DNA of 64,000 nucleotides from Desulfobacterales bacterium (GCA_016342285.1 JAEINQ010000027.1:7841-71840), one strand, 5' to 3'. Shown: positions 30,348 through 39,497, numbered from the stretch's first letter. Program-made: numbers and translations. The notes: a model not told the origin generated them from the letters alone.

Positions 30348-31316
30348 ATGACCGACCGCAAAATCATCGATGCCCTGTGCTACATTCCCACCCTGGAGGT
30401 CATGACCGATCTCATCGTGTCGCTTCCCCCCCAGATGGCCCGATATTTAAAAGATGTCTTCGGACCGCGGGTGGCTCCCCTCATGGGCATGGAGGCCGAA
30501 GAACTCTATGGCATGAAGGTGTCCCTTTCCCCCGAGGAACTGGGAAGAAAGCTCCGGCCTGCCCTGAAGCCGCTGACCATGGAACCGGCCGCCTTTATCG
30601 ACCAACTCGATGCCATGAACGTGGAAAAAGCAGTGATCTTCAACCTGGACGAAGCCTCGGCCAGCGGCATCCAAGGGCTGCCCAACGATTACTACGCCGA
30701 CCTGGTAAGGGCTTGGCCCGAACGGTTTTCAGGCTTTGCCGGCATCGACCCCAGCCTGCCCATGGCAGCCGTTCGTGAGATCCGCCGGTGTTACGACCTG
30801 GGGCTTCGCGGCGTGGCCCTGCGCCCGTTCATTTTCGGCCTGCCGCCGACCCATGCCAAAATGTACCCCATCTACGCTGCCTGCGTGGAACTGGACATCC
30901 CCATCTGGTTTCACCTCTCCATCAATTACTCCACCAATACCATGGAGGTGGAGCGGCCGGTCTATCTGGACGTGGTGGCCCAGGATTTCCCGGAGCTTAA
31001 AATGATCGCCGGCCACGGCGGATGGCCCTGGGTGGCGGAGATGACCGCCGTTGCCTGGCGCAACCCCAACATCTATATCGACATCGCCTCGTATCTGCCC
31101 AAATATCTGGCCATGGCCGGCAGCGGCTGGGAACCGCTGCTGAACCTGGGCAATTCCGTCCTTCAGGATCAGATCCTCTTCGGCTCGACCTGGCTCTTCA
31201 TGGGCCAGTCCATTCGGCAGTTGGCCGACGGTATCGAGGCCCTGCCCCTGAAAGAAGAGGTCAAGCGCAAGTGGCTCTACGAAAACGCCGCCCGGCTCCT
31301 GGGAAAGCCGTCTTAA
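30348..31316 (+). CDS. Amidohydrolase-2 (ACMSD/LigW-type metal-dependent hydrolase/decarboxylase) family protein
   Basis: 322 aa. The start abuts the upstream stop. ...GFAGIDP...GLRGVALRP...IPIWFHLS...AGHGGWPW... pattern. Confidence 0.75.
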   Translation: MTDRKIIDALCYIPTLEVMTDLIVSLPPQMARYLKDVFGPRVAPLMGMEAEELYGMKVSLSPEELGRKLRPALKPLTMEPAAFIDQLDAMNVEKAVIFNLDEASASGIQGLPNDYYADLVRAWPERFSGFAGIDPSLPMAAVREIRRCYDLGLRGVALRPFIFGLPPTHAKMYPIYAACVELDIPIWFHLSINYSTNTMEVERPVYLDVVAQDFPELKMIAGHGGWPWVAEMTAVAWRNPNIYIDIASYLPKYLAMAGSGWEPLLNLGNSVLQDQILFGSTWLFMGQSIRQLADGIEALPLKEEVKRKWLYENAARLLGKPS

Positions 31317-31443
31317 ACGGTTAACGTTGACAGTCTCGAAAAATGCTTTTCCAGGCCGCAAGCGGCCATCTATATGAAAGAAATCAGGATGTGGTAAATC
31401 TAGTTTTTTTACTCAACCATCAATCTTAACCCGAGGAAGAAAC

Positions 31444-31947
31444 ATGCCCAACCCCAGTCGATTCAAATTTTCCAGAAACCGCACAACCAGTGTTGAAGCT
31501 TCAGACGATGGAAGCCTGAGATCAACCAGCCGGCTGGTCGACACCTTCAATGACATGGAGGTCTCAATCCAGGTCAAGATTCCCGAAATGGAAATCAGTG
31601 GGATCGAAGCCGTAGTCCGGCGCTGTCTCGACCCGCAAGAGGAAAAGGTTGGCCAGGAACTGACCAAACTCATCGGCGTCCGGGTCGGCCCCGGAATGAC
31701 CAAAATTTTCAAGGGACTGGTCAGTGAAGCCGCTACCGATAGCCAGTTGCTCTTTATGGTCGAAGAAGCCTGCCACGGCGTGATCCTGAACTTTACCCGG
31801 GAGATGGCAACCCAGCTTCCCGACGATCAGGAACTGGGTGAGGATATTTTCCGGCAAATGGTCAAATCCAACATTCGGCTCTACAACCGCTGCGCCGCTT
31901 ATGGCCCGGGGTCTCCCCTGGTGGAAGGGATCGCGCCTCCAAAGTGA
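31444..31947 (+). CDS. DUF2889-like protein
   Basis: 167 aa. GAGGAAG SD. Shares the ...IGVRVGPG(M/F)...C(H/R)... layout with the N-terminal half of the next gene. Confidence 0.6.
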   Translation: MPNPSRFKFSRNRTTSVEASDDGSLRSTSRLVDTFNDMEVSIQVKIPEMEISGIEAVVRRCLDPQEEKVGQELTKLIGVRVGPGMTKIFKGLVSEAATDSQLLFMVEEACHGVILNFTREMATQLPDDQELGEDIFRQMVKSNIRLYNRCAAYGPGSPLVEGIAPPK

Positions 31948-32048
31948 TGTGCCAAGTTTTCACCGGGATCGAATTTGCAGTGCCTGCAAAACCCGGTGTA
32001 TTTCGATAGCGATACCGATTTCGCTTCGGAAGAAAAGGAAAATCGCCC

Positions 32049-33218
32049 ATGCTCAAATACCTGCGAAACAAAACAGTCAGTGTGGACCGGATCCCACCCA
32101 ACGAACTCCGCGTACACGGGATTTTAGACGACGACCTGTACGGCATCGAGATGGAAGCCGTGTTTGCTATGGACACCCTGGAAATCAGGACGGTCTCGGG
32201 CAAATGGCACCGGTATACCACACCGGCCTGTCCCCTGGCCTTGAACGCTCTCGGCGATGCCGTGGGCATTCGGGTCGGGCCGGGCTTCAGGGTCAAGCTG
32301 CAAAAGGGGCTCGGACGAAAGGGTTGCCGTCATTTTGCCAATCTGCTCATTGAAATGGGACATGCCGCCCGGTCGGCTGCCCTGATCATCGGGTATCAAC
32401 AGGCCAAAACCAACGACCCGGACCTGGCCCTGAAGGATTATGCCAAACAGGCCCCCACGGTCATGGAAACAACCGAACCACCCATGGCCGCGCAGCCCCC
32501 ATCCCCGACACCCGAACCCGCCTCGGTTATAGTCCGTGAGCCCGGTCCTTCGGCGGCGCCGAAACACCTCGCCCGTTCTTCGGGCGGATTCGTCATTGAT
32601 CTTCACGTCCACACAGCACCCGCCTCACCCTGCAGCGCCATCCATGTGGACGATCTCATTTCAGAGGCCAAACGGATCGGTCTGGACGGACTGGTGCTGA
32701 CCGACCACAACCATGTCTGGCCACCCAGCCAAATCGAAAACCTGCGACAAAAGCATGGGTTTCTCGTTCTGGGCGGAAACGAGGTCATCACCGATCAGGG
32801 CGATGTTCTCGTCTACGGCCTGGAACGCAACATTGCCGGTGTTATCCCCATAGCGGATCTGCAAAAGGAAGTTCAAGAAGCAGGCGGTTACATGGCCATG
32901 GCCCATCCTTTCCGCGGTTTTTTGATCTTTGACGCCCGGCAGTTGGGTCTGACCGTGGAAAAAGCGGCCGCCCGGAAGATGTTTCAATGGGTGAACGCCA
33001 TTGAGGTGTTAAACGGCAAGGTGACCGCCGATGAAAACGAATTTGCACGAGCGGTGGCAGAACACCTCGGTCTGCCCGGCCTGGCCGGAAGCGATGCCCA
33101 CGAGGCCGGCTCGGTGGGATGCTACGCCACGGAGTTTTCCGACGCCATCACCAACGAAGCCGATCTGGTCGCCGCCCTGCACGCCGGACGATTCCAACCG
33201 GTGGTTTTCAGGGAATAG
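32049..33218 (+). CDS. DUF2889-like domain fused to a PHP (polymerase/histidinol-phosphatase) metal-hydrolase domain
   Basis: 389 aa. N-terminal half is paralogous to 31444..31947. A Pro/Ala-rich linker follows, then VIDLHVHTAPASPCS...GLDGLVLTDHNH...GSDAH (PHP motifs). Confidence 0.7.
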   Translation: MLKYLRNKTVSVDRIPPNELRVHGILDDDLYGIEMEAVFAMDTLEIRTVSGKWHRYTTPACPLALNALGDAVGIRVGPGFRVKLQKGLGRKGCRHFANLLIEMGHAARSAALIIGYQQAKTNDPDLALKDYAKQAPTVMETTEPPMAAQPPSPTPEPASVIVREPGPSAAPKHLARSSGGFVIDLHVHTAPASPCSAIHVDDLISEAKRIGLDGLVLTDHNHVWPPSQIENLRQKHGFLVLGGNEVITDQGDVLVYGLERNIAGVIPIADLQKEVQEAGGYMAMAHPFRGFLIFDARQLGLTVEKAAARKMFQWVNAIEVLNGKVTADENEFARAVAEHLGLPGLAGSDAHEAGSVGCYATEFSDAITNEADLVAALHAGRFQPVVFRE

Positions 33219-33244
33219 ACAAGACCGCCAGTAAATACGCATGA

Positions 33245-33285
33245 CCCAGAGGACCAGGTTTTGGTTTGCCCCTGGAAACGGCTGC
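33245..33285 (+). repeat. Family B repeat, copy B1
   Basis: cccagaggaccaggttttggtttgcccctggaaacgg. Confidence 0.8.
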
Positions 33286-33347
33286 CCCGTATGCTTGAAG
33301 TTTGAAATGCCTAAAATGCCTACTCAGAAGTGAAAGGATCGCCCATC

Positions 33348-34778
33348 ATGCCAACCGAGAAAAACTGGGAACCCCTGATTCGAAGAATGGAGCTTTTGCT
33401 GCGGCTCAAGTCCTTTCCCGTAGCGTTCAAGCTCTTTGAAGAAATCGACCAATTGTCCGACATCCCCTTCATGCGCCGTATGACGGAAAAAAAGACCCTC
33501 TGCCAAATGGTGACCCTGGTCCGCAATTTCGACTGGACCGTCGGTGCGGATGTAGACGATTTCATCGGCGCCATGTGCCCGTCCATCATTGGCCTGTGCG
33601 ACATTCCGCGGGAAATGAAAGACGGCACCTTCCGCAGCATCGTCTGGGTACGCACCAAGGAAGAAGGGGCCAGATACGAAGCCGCGGTTACCCGACTACC
33701 GCTCGGCCGATACAAAGCCGTGGCCCTGGCACCTCTGGTCTACAACCCTTTTGATCCGGATATCGTTCTGATCTACGCCAACCCGGCCCAGATGATTCTG
33801 CTGATCAATGCCCTCCAGTTTGAGGACTACGAGGTAATGCAGTTCTTCTGCGTCGGTGAATCGTCATGCTCTGACGCCATCGCCCGTTGCTATTCGACCG
33901 GCAAACCATCGCTCACCATCCCTTGCTACGGGGAACGCCGCTACGGCCATGCCCAGGACGAAGACATGGTCATGGCCATCCCGGCGGCCATGATGAAAAA
34001 GGCCCTTCGGGGCCTGGAAGCCCTTTATCGAAGGGGCATCCGGTATCCCATCAGTTATGCCGGTGCCGAACAGGACGTGTCGGCAGCCTTTCCCGGCGCC
34101 TACGGCGGCGTCGAGCAGCTTCAGGCCATCCGGGGCAGCGACAACCGGCTGCTGTTGGGGGTGACCGGCACCATCGCCAGCGGAAAAACCACCGTGGCCG
34201 ACATGCTCACCCAAAAAGGGGCCTATCTCATCGATTTTGATCTCATCGCCAGGCAAGTCGTGGAACCGGGCCAGACGGCCTACAACCAAATTGTGGAATT
34301 TTTCGGAAAACAGGTGGTCGCCGATGACGGCAACCTGGACCGCCAGGCCCTGTCAGACATCGTGTTTCGGGATCTGGTGAAACGAAAAAAACTCGAAGGC
34401 TTCACCCATCCCCAGATCGCCCTGGAATTTATCCGCCAGCTCCAGGAGATCACGGCCGAGGACCCGGATGCCATTGTCCAGGTGGTAATCCCCCTGATGA
34501 TCGAACTGAACCTGCAGTATATGTTCCATAAGCTTCTGGTGGTCTCCATCCCCCAGGAGGAACTGAGCCGGCGCCTGATGGCCCGTGACCGCATCGACGA
34601 AGCCGAGGCCCATCGCATTATCTCCAGTCAGATCCCCATCGATGAAAAGGTCGGATACGCCGATTATGTCGTCGACAACAGCGGCAGCCTGGCGGAAACG
34701 CAAACACAGGTGGATGCCCTGTGGGAAACCCTCGAGGAGATTCGCCGGCAAGGGGCTCAAGACAAAACGGCACCCTAG
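33348..34778 (+). CDS. coaE: Fusion protein: N-terminal DUF169-like domain + C-terminal dephospho-CoA kinase
   Basis: Track ORF runs from a GTG at 33330; ATG at 33348 preferred. The first about 270 aa resemble DUF169 (...PVAFKLFEE...). The C-terminal part LLLGVTGTIASGKTTVADML...FDLIARQVVEPG... is a typical CoaE with a P-loop. Confidence 0.75.
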   Translation: MPTEKNWEPLIRRMELLLRLKSFPVAFKLFEEIDQLSDIPFMRRMTEKKTLCQMVTLVRNFDWTVGADVDDFIGAMCPSIIGLCDIPREMKDGTFRSIVWVRTKEEGARYEAAVTRLPLGRYKAVALAPLVYNPFDPDIVLIYANPAQMILLINALQFEDYEVMQFFCVGESSCSDAIARCYSTGKPSLTIPCYGERRYGHAQDEDMVMAIPAAMMKKALRGLEALYRRGIRYPISYAGAEQDVSAAFPGAYGGVEQLQAIRGSDNRLLLGVTGTIASGKTTVADMLTQKGAYLIDFDLIARQVVEPGQTAYNQIVEFFGKQVVADDGNLDRQALSDIVFRDLVKRKKLEGFTHPQIALEFIRQLQEITAEDPDAIVQVVIPLMIELNLQYMFHKLLVVSIPQEELSRRLMARDRIDEAEAHRIISSQIPIDEKVGYADYVVDNSGSLAETQTQVDALWETLEEIRRQGAQDKTAP

Positions 34779-34806
34779 GCACGGGATCTTCACTTTGTCA
34801 GGCCGT

Positions 34807-34850
34807 AAAAAAAAACGGGGAGGCTGCCGCCCCCCCGTTTTGATTTTGTT
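34807..34850. terminator. Bidirectional rho-independent terminator between convergent genes
   Basis: AAAAAAAAACGGGG-aggctgccgc-CCCCCCGTTTTGATTTT. Confidence 0.75.
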
Positions 34851-34888
34851 TCATTCCGCCGGCACCATGGGCAAAGCCGACGCCGGCC

Positions 34889-35407
34889 CTACTGCCGACA
34901 TCCGCCTGAGCCACGGCCTGAACCGTGATGGTAACCCTTGCCCTGACCGGCACCGCGCCCGGCATCGGGAAAGCTTTTTCGCATTTCCAACTGATGGGTC
35001 AGGCGTTTCTGGTCAAAGTCTCCCCGAAGCTTGGAAATTTCCGTCTGAAGACCGGCCGCCGTCTTGGTGTCGGGTTCGGCCTTGGCCAGCTCGCTTCTCA
35101 GTTCGAGTTGCTTCTGGTACAAATCGTTGCGGAGAGTTTTCGTGGCATCAAAAAACGCCTGGCGCTGGGCATCAAACGCCTCGGCATCTTCTTCGCTCAG
35201 GCGGTCCTGGCCACCGGCCCCACGCCCCGGTCCGTCGCCGCCGCCCCTGCGCGGACAGTCCTCGGGCCCGTTCTCGGGCCCGTTCATGGCCATATCTCCC
35301 CGGTGATGGTAACCCCACCCACCGCTTGCAAAGGCATAACCGGCAAAGCCAAGAATCCCCACAATAGCCACCACTGACAAGATTTTGATCGAAAAACGCT
35401 GTTTCAT
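34889..35407 (-). CDS. Periplasmic Spy/CpxP/ZraP-family metal-stress chaperone-like protein
   Basis: 172 aa. Signal peptide, His/Gly-rich ends (GWGYHHRG, GKGYHHGSGRGSGG), central helical LSEEDAEAFDAQRQAFFDATKTLRNDLYQKQLEL. Confidence 0.8.
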   Translation of the reverse strand: MKQRFSIKILSVVAIVGILGFAGYAFASGGWGYHHRGDMAMNGPENGPEDCPRRGGGDGPGRGAGGQDRLSEEDAEAFDAQRQAFFDATKTLRNDLYQKQLELRSELAKAEPDTKTAAGLQTEISKLRGDFDQKRLTHQLEMRKSFPDAGRGAGQGKGYHHGSGRGSGGCRQ

Positions 35408-35491
35408 GAAGTCCTCCGTTTGAATGGAAATAAGGTTTTGGGTGCACGCTCTGATCGTCTTGTTGACTCGCTATTCGGTCGACATGTAGAG

Positions 35492-35506
35492 CAACGTCCG
35501 TGCCAG
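35492..35506 (-). promoter_or_regulatory. Sigma54 promoter of the zraP-like gene
   Basis: The minus strand reads TGGCACGGACGTTGC (consensus TGGCAC-N5-TTGC), about 85 nt upstream of the ATG at 35407. Confidence 0.75.
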
Positions 35507-35811
35507 CCATGGAACATCGGCCTTAGAAAAAAACTTAACTGACCGTTTTAAAAGTGTTTTTATCTATTTTACCTGAAACTTCGGCGACTTTTGCTCAGAT
35601 TTCGGTTGCCATGGCAACGGTCAGGGCGGATACTTTCTATCCAGGCACATGGATACCGCCGGAACCATTTGGGTAAAAAGTATCCACCCCTGAAAAGCCT
35701 TTGTGCCCAACGGCCATGGCTCGGCAGTTCCCCGGTACCGGAAAAGCGCCGGCGGTAGGTTTGCATGCCGGTGGGTCCTTCCCATGGCCACGGCAGGTGC
35801 CATCGGCTGCT

Positions 35812-35826
35812 GGCATGCGAATTGCT
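35812..35826 (+). promoter_or_regulatory. Sigma54-type promoter facing the kinase/regulator operon
   Basis: TGGCATGCGAATTGC on the plus strand, about 510 nt upstream of the kinase ATG. The intervening leader consists of repeat elements. Confidence 0.5.
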
Positions 35827-35880
35827 CCAGGCAGGGGCCAAAATACTTGCGGGGACCGGTGACTATCGTAAGTAAAGAAT

Positions 35881-36010
35881 CCTGGCCCAGAGGACCAGGC
35901 TTTGGTTTGCCCCTGGAAGGGGCTGGGTTACCGACCCCATATCAGTGTGGAGTGACTAAAGTGAGCTAAAGTGACTAAAGTTGCGGAGTCGCTGCGCTCC
36001 ACCATTTTTA
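35881..36010 (+). repeat. Composite repeat B2 + C1 (inverted copy at 52604..52740)
   Basis: About 88% identical by eye to the reverse complement of 52604..52740. Contains three tandem gtgactaaag/gtgagctaaag units. Confidence 0.9.
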
Positions 36011-36087
36011 TATAATGGGCAGAATTCCTAATCCCGCCCTGGCGGGACTCACTCCAAACCTCTTGTCCGCCTCTGGCGGATTCGTTC

Positions 36088-36184
36088 ACTTTAGTCACTT
36101 GCAACAAAGCGGTCTCGGCATAGCCAATGGACTCTGACCACGCCCAAAGGACGTGGATTTCTACTTCGAATTAAAACATTGGCA
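36088..36184 (+). repeat. Family A repeat, copy A2
   Basis: cactttagtcacttgcaac...ggcatagccaatggactctgaccacgcccaaaggacgtggatttctacttcgaattaaaacattgg. Confidence 0.85.
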
Positions 36185-36228
36185 TGTCGATGACTTTGTA
36201 CCAGAGCATCAACTTTAGGCATTTCGAA

Positions 36229-36329
36229 CTTTAGTGCATTTTAGGCACTGCCCTGCAATCTTTGTGGCATAGCCGGTTGGCTCTGACCAGGCCCGAAGGA
36301 CGTGGATCCCAACCGCCAATTGAAAATGG
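36229..36329 (+). repeat. Family A repeat, copy A3, ending 7 nt before the kinase start codon
   Basis: ctttagtgcattttaggcact...ggcatagccggttggctctgaccaggcccgaaggacgtggatcccaaccgccaattgaaaatgg. Confidence 0.85.
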
Positions 36330-36335
36330 ACCACC

Positions 36336-38117
36336 ATGGAAACCCGGACAACCCCATACCGATTCTGGTCCCGCATCCCTCCCTGGATTTTCATCGGGGC
36401 CATGGCCGTTCTGTTGCCGATTCTCGCCTTGATCACCGTCACCAACATCAACCGCCAGAAAGAAAACAGCCAGCGCCTGCTGTTGGAAAAAGGAGCGGCC
36501 CTGATCCGCTCTTTTGAGGCAGGCACCCGTTTTGGAATGATGGGAATGATGGGCGGGCACTTCCAACTCCAGCGCCTTTTGGTGGAGACGGCCAGTCAAC
36601 CCGACATCGTCTACCTGCTGGTAACGGGCCTCGACAGCGTCGTGGAAGCCCACAGCGATCCGGAGCAGATCGGAACGGTTTTCAGCAGGGGATTGAATTC
36701 AGCCGATACGATAGAAGACGGCAACCTGCACTGGCGGCAGATCATCGACCCCCAAGGCAAGCCGGTTTTTGAAGTGTACCGACTGTTCCGCGCCGCCCCC
36801 CGACACATGGGCATGGGCGGTGAACCGGGCCGGGGCATGGGGCGAATGCGGCACGATCATTTGTCCTATCGCCCTGCCGAAAAAGGAGACCGGCCGCGAC
36901 CGGAACGGATTATTTTTGTCGGTCTGGACATGACCCCTGCCGAAACAGCCCGCCAGGCCGACATGCGCCACAGCGTTTTTATGGCCGTCATCCTGTTGCT
37001 GGTGGGTCTGGCCGGCATTGTTTTACTTTTCATGACCCAGGAATACCGGGCCACCCGCCAACGCCTGTCACACATCCGCGCCTTTTCCGACCAACTGGTG
37101 GATGCCATGCCCATGGGGCTGGTCTCGGTGGACCGAAACGGCCGGTTGGCCGCGGTCAATCCGGCGGCCAGACAGGTACTGGGTCTCAATCGCAATGCCC
37201 TTGTGGGCGCGGCGGCCGACACGGCCCTTCCATCGGAGCTGGTACAGGCGATCGAATCCCCGGAGACGGCAAACCCGCGCACGGAAAAAGAGATCGACTG
37301 CTGCATGAATGCCGGCCGGACTGTCCCCCTGGGCCTGTCCGCCTCGGTCTGGCACGACGAGGACGGTGCCGGTCTGGGACATATTCTACTGATCCGAGAC
37401 CTGACCGAAGTCCATGCCCTGAGACGGGAAATCGCCCGAAGCCAGCGACTGGCCTCCATCGGTAGCCTGGCCGCCGGCGTGGCCCATGAAATCCGTAACC
37501 CTCTGAGTTCCATCAAGGGGTTCGCCACCTATTTTCAGGAACGCTACAAGGACGTGGACGCCGATCGCGACACCGCTGCCATCATGATTCAGGAAGTGGA
37601 CCGGCTCAACCGAGTCGTGGGCCAGTTACTGGAACTCTCCCGACCCGTGGACATCGCACGCCAGCCCATCCAGATCGATGTCCTGGTGGCAAGATCCCTG
37701 GCCCTCATCGAGGCGAGGGCTAAAGAAGATGGGATTCGGATAGAACGCGACATCCCGGTGCCGTCCCCTGAAATCCGGCTCGATGCCGACCGCATGCAGC
37801 AGGTGCTGCTCAACCTCTTTCTCAACGCCATGGATGCCATGGAAATCGGCGGAACCCTTAAGGTTTCAGTCGGTATTGACAGGGACCGGCATCTCGAAAT
37901 CAGGGTCGCCGACACCGGACACGGCATCGCCCCCGACAGGCAACAGCAGATTTTCGACCCGTATTTTACCACCAAACCGACCGGCACCGGTCTCGGCCTG
38001 GCCATCGTTCACAACATCATGGAAGCCCACCAGGGGCAGATAGCGGTTGAGAGCCGCCCTGGCGGCGGAACGGTGACCACCCTCCGATTGCCCATGGACA
38101 TAGAGGAGACCGTCTGA
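36336..38117 (+). CDS. Sensor histidine kinase (ZraS/AtoS-like; 2 TM, PAS, HisKA, HATPase)
   Basis: 593 aa. H-box GVAHEIRNPL, N-box LLNLFLNAMDA, DTGHGI, GTGLGL. Confidence 0.9.
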   Translation: METRTTPYRFWSRIPPWIFIGAMAVLLPILALITVTNINRQKENSQRLLLEKGAALIRSFEAGTRFGMMGMMGGHFQLQRLLVETASQPDIVYLLVTGLDSVVEAHSDPEQIGTVFSRGLNSADTIEDGNLHWRQIIDPQGKPVFEVYRLFRAAPRHMGMGGEPGRGMGRMRHDHLSYRPAEKGDRPRPERIIFVGLDMTPAETARQADMRHSVFMAVILLLVGLAGIVLLFMTQEYRATRQRLSHIRAFSDQLVDAMPMGLVSVDRNGRLAAVNPAARQVLGLNRNALVGAAADTALPSELVQAIESPETANPRTEKEIDCCMNAGRTVPLGLSASVWHDEDGAGLGHILLIRDLTEVHALRREIARSQRLASIGSLAAGVAHEIRNPLSSIKGFATYFQERYKDVDADRDTAAIMIQEVDRLNRVVGQLLELSRPVDIARQPIQIDVLVARSLALIEARAKEDGIRIERDIPVPSPEIRLDADRMQQVLLNLFLNAMDAMEIGGTLKVSVGIDRDRHLEIRVADTGHGIAPDRQQQIFDPYFTTKPTGTGLGLAIVHNIMEAHQGQIAVESRPGGGTVTTLRLPMDIEETV

Positions 38118-38118
38118 A

Positions 38119-39486
38119 ATGGCCATACCCCAAACCATTCTGGTGGTGGACGACGATAACGCCCACCGCATCATGCTCAAGACCCTGCTGGGCGGATGGC
38201 AATACCGGATAACCGAAGCCGACGACGGTGCCGCGGCCGTTGCCGCCATCAAAGAAGGCGCCTTTGACCTGGTCCTGATGGATATCCGTATGATCCACGT
38301 GTCGGGAATCGAAGCCCTGACCCAGATCAAAGCCATCAACCCCTCGGTTCCGGTGATTCTCATGACCGCTTACGCATCGGTGGAAACCGCCATCGAAGCG
38401 CTGAAAAAGGGGGCCTACGACTACCTGACCAAGCCCCTGGATTTTGACAAGCTGCGGGTCACCATGGAGCGGGCCATGGAGCATTTGCGCCTCACCGAAG
38501 AAAACCGGTCCCTGCGCCAACAGATTGATAGCCGGTTCGACCGAAGCCAGATCATCGGCAACAGTCCGGCCGTTGTCGATTTACTGGAAACCGTCTACCA
38601 GGTGGCGCCCTCGGAAGCCACCGTTCTCATCGGCGGGGAGTCGGGTACGGGAAAAGAGTTGATTGCCGGCGCCGTTCACCACAACAGCGGCCGCCGCAAC
38701 GGTCCTTTCGTCAAAATCAACTGCGCCGCCCTGACCGAGACCCTGCTGGAATCCGAGCTCTTCGGTCATGAAAAAGGGGCCTTTACCGGCGCCGATCGAC
38801 GCAAGGAAGGCCGTATCGTTCAGGCTAACGGTGGCAGTCTTTTTCTGGACGAAATCAGCGAAATGCCCCTGACCATGCAGGTCAAGCTGCTACGGGTCCT
38901 TCAGGAACGTGAAGTTACGCGGGTAGGCGGAGATGCCGTCATTGCCGTCGATGTACGCATCATCGCCGCCACCAATCGGGATCTGACGGCCCTCATGGAT
39001 GACGGTCGCTTTCGAAAAGACCTGTTCTACCGTTTGAACGTGGTGGAATTGACCCTGCCTCCCCTGAGGCAACGCCGGGAAGATATTCCGCTGCTGGCCC
39101 AACACTTTCTCGGTGCGTTTTGCAAAAAGAACGACAAGGCCGTCAAAGGATTCTCGCCCCATGCCATGGACCGGATGATCCGATACGACTGGCCGGGGAA
39201 CGTTCGCGAGCTGATGAATGCCGTGGAGCGGGCCGTGGTGCTTTCCCGAGGGGCCTATCTGTCGCCCGAAGATCTTTCCATCGAAACGGCTTCGACCGTC
39301 CCCCCAATCCCGTCGGACCCGGTTCTTGCCGACCCAAATGTCGGCTCCCTTGACGAAGTCGAAAGAACGACTATTATACAGACACTGGAAGCCTGCACCG
39401 GCAACAAGAGCGAGGCTGCCAGAAGACTCGGCATCACCCGGAAAACCCTTCACAAGAAACTCAAGCAATACGGCGCCATGCCGTGA
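38119..39486 (+). CDS. Sigma54-dependent response regulator (NtrC/ZraR family)
   Basis: 455 aa. Receiver ILVVDDD...DLVLMDIRM, AAA+ GESGTGKE, GAFTGA, Fis HTH EAARRLGITRKTLHKKL. The start lies 1 nt after the kinase stop. Confidence 0.9.
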   Translation: MAIPQTILVVDDDNAHRIMLKTLLGGWQYRITEADDGAAAVAAIKEGAFDLVLMDIRMIHVSGIEALTQIKAINPSVPVILMTAYASVETAIEALKKGAYDYLTKPLDFDKLRVTMERAMEHLRLTEENRSLRQQIDSRFDRSQIIGNSPAVVDLLETVYQVAPSEATVLIGGESGTGKELIAGAVHHNSGRRNGPFVKINCAALTETLLESELFGHEKGAFTGADRRKEGRIVQANGGSLFLDEISEMPLTMQVKLLRVLQEREVTRVGGDAVIAVDVRIIAATNRDLTALMDDGRFRKDLFYRLNVVELTLPPLRQRREDIPLLAQHFLGAFCKKNDKAVKGFSPHAMDRMIRYDWPGNVRELMNAVERAVVLSRGAYLSPEDLSIETASTVPPIPSDPVLADPNVGSLDEVERTTIIQTLEACTGNKSEAARRLGITRKTLHKKLKQYGAMP

Positions 39487-39497
39487 AAAACAATTGT

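Noticed and set aside
35569-35969. ORFs 35569..35841 (-), 35621..35803 (-) and 35703..35969 (+) in the zraP/zraS intergenic region
   Set aside because: There is no SD, the composition is not protein-like, and they overlap sigma54 promoter and enhancer-like palindromes and repeat family B. This is better explained as regulatory DNA.
36088-36184. Family A repeat core cGGCATAGCCAATTGA as a sigma54 (-24/-12) promoter
   Set aside because: The GG-N10-GC spacing is not satisfied (TG instead of GC at the -12 position). The TTGACT inside the element has no acceptable -10 hexamer 17 nt downstream either.
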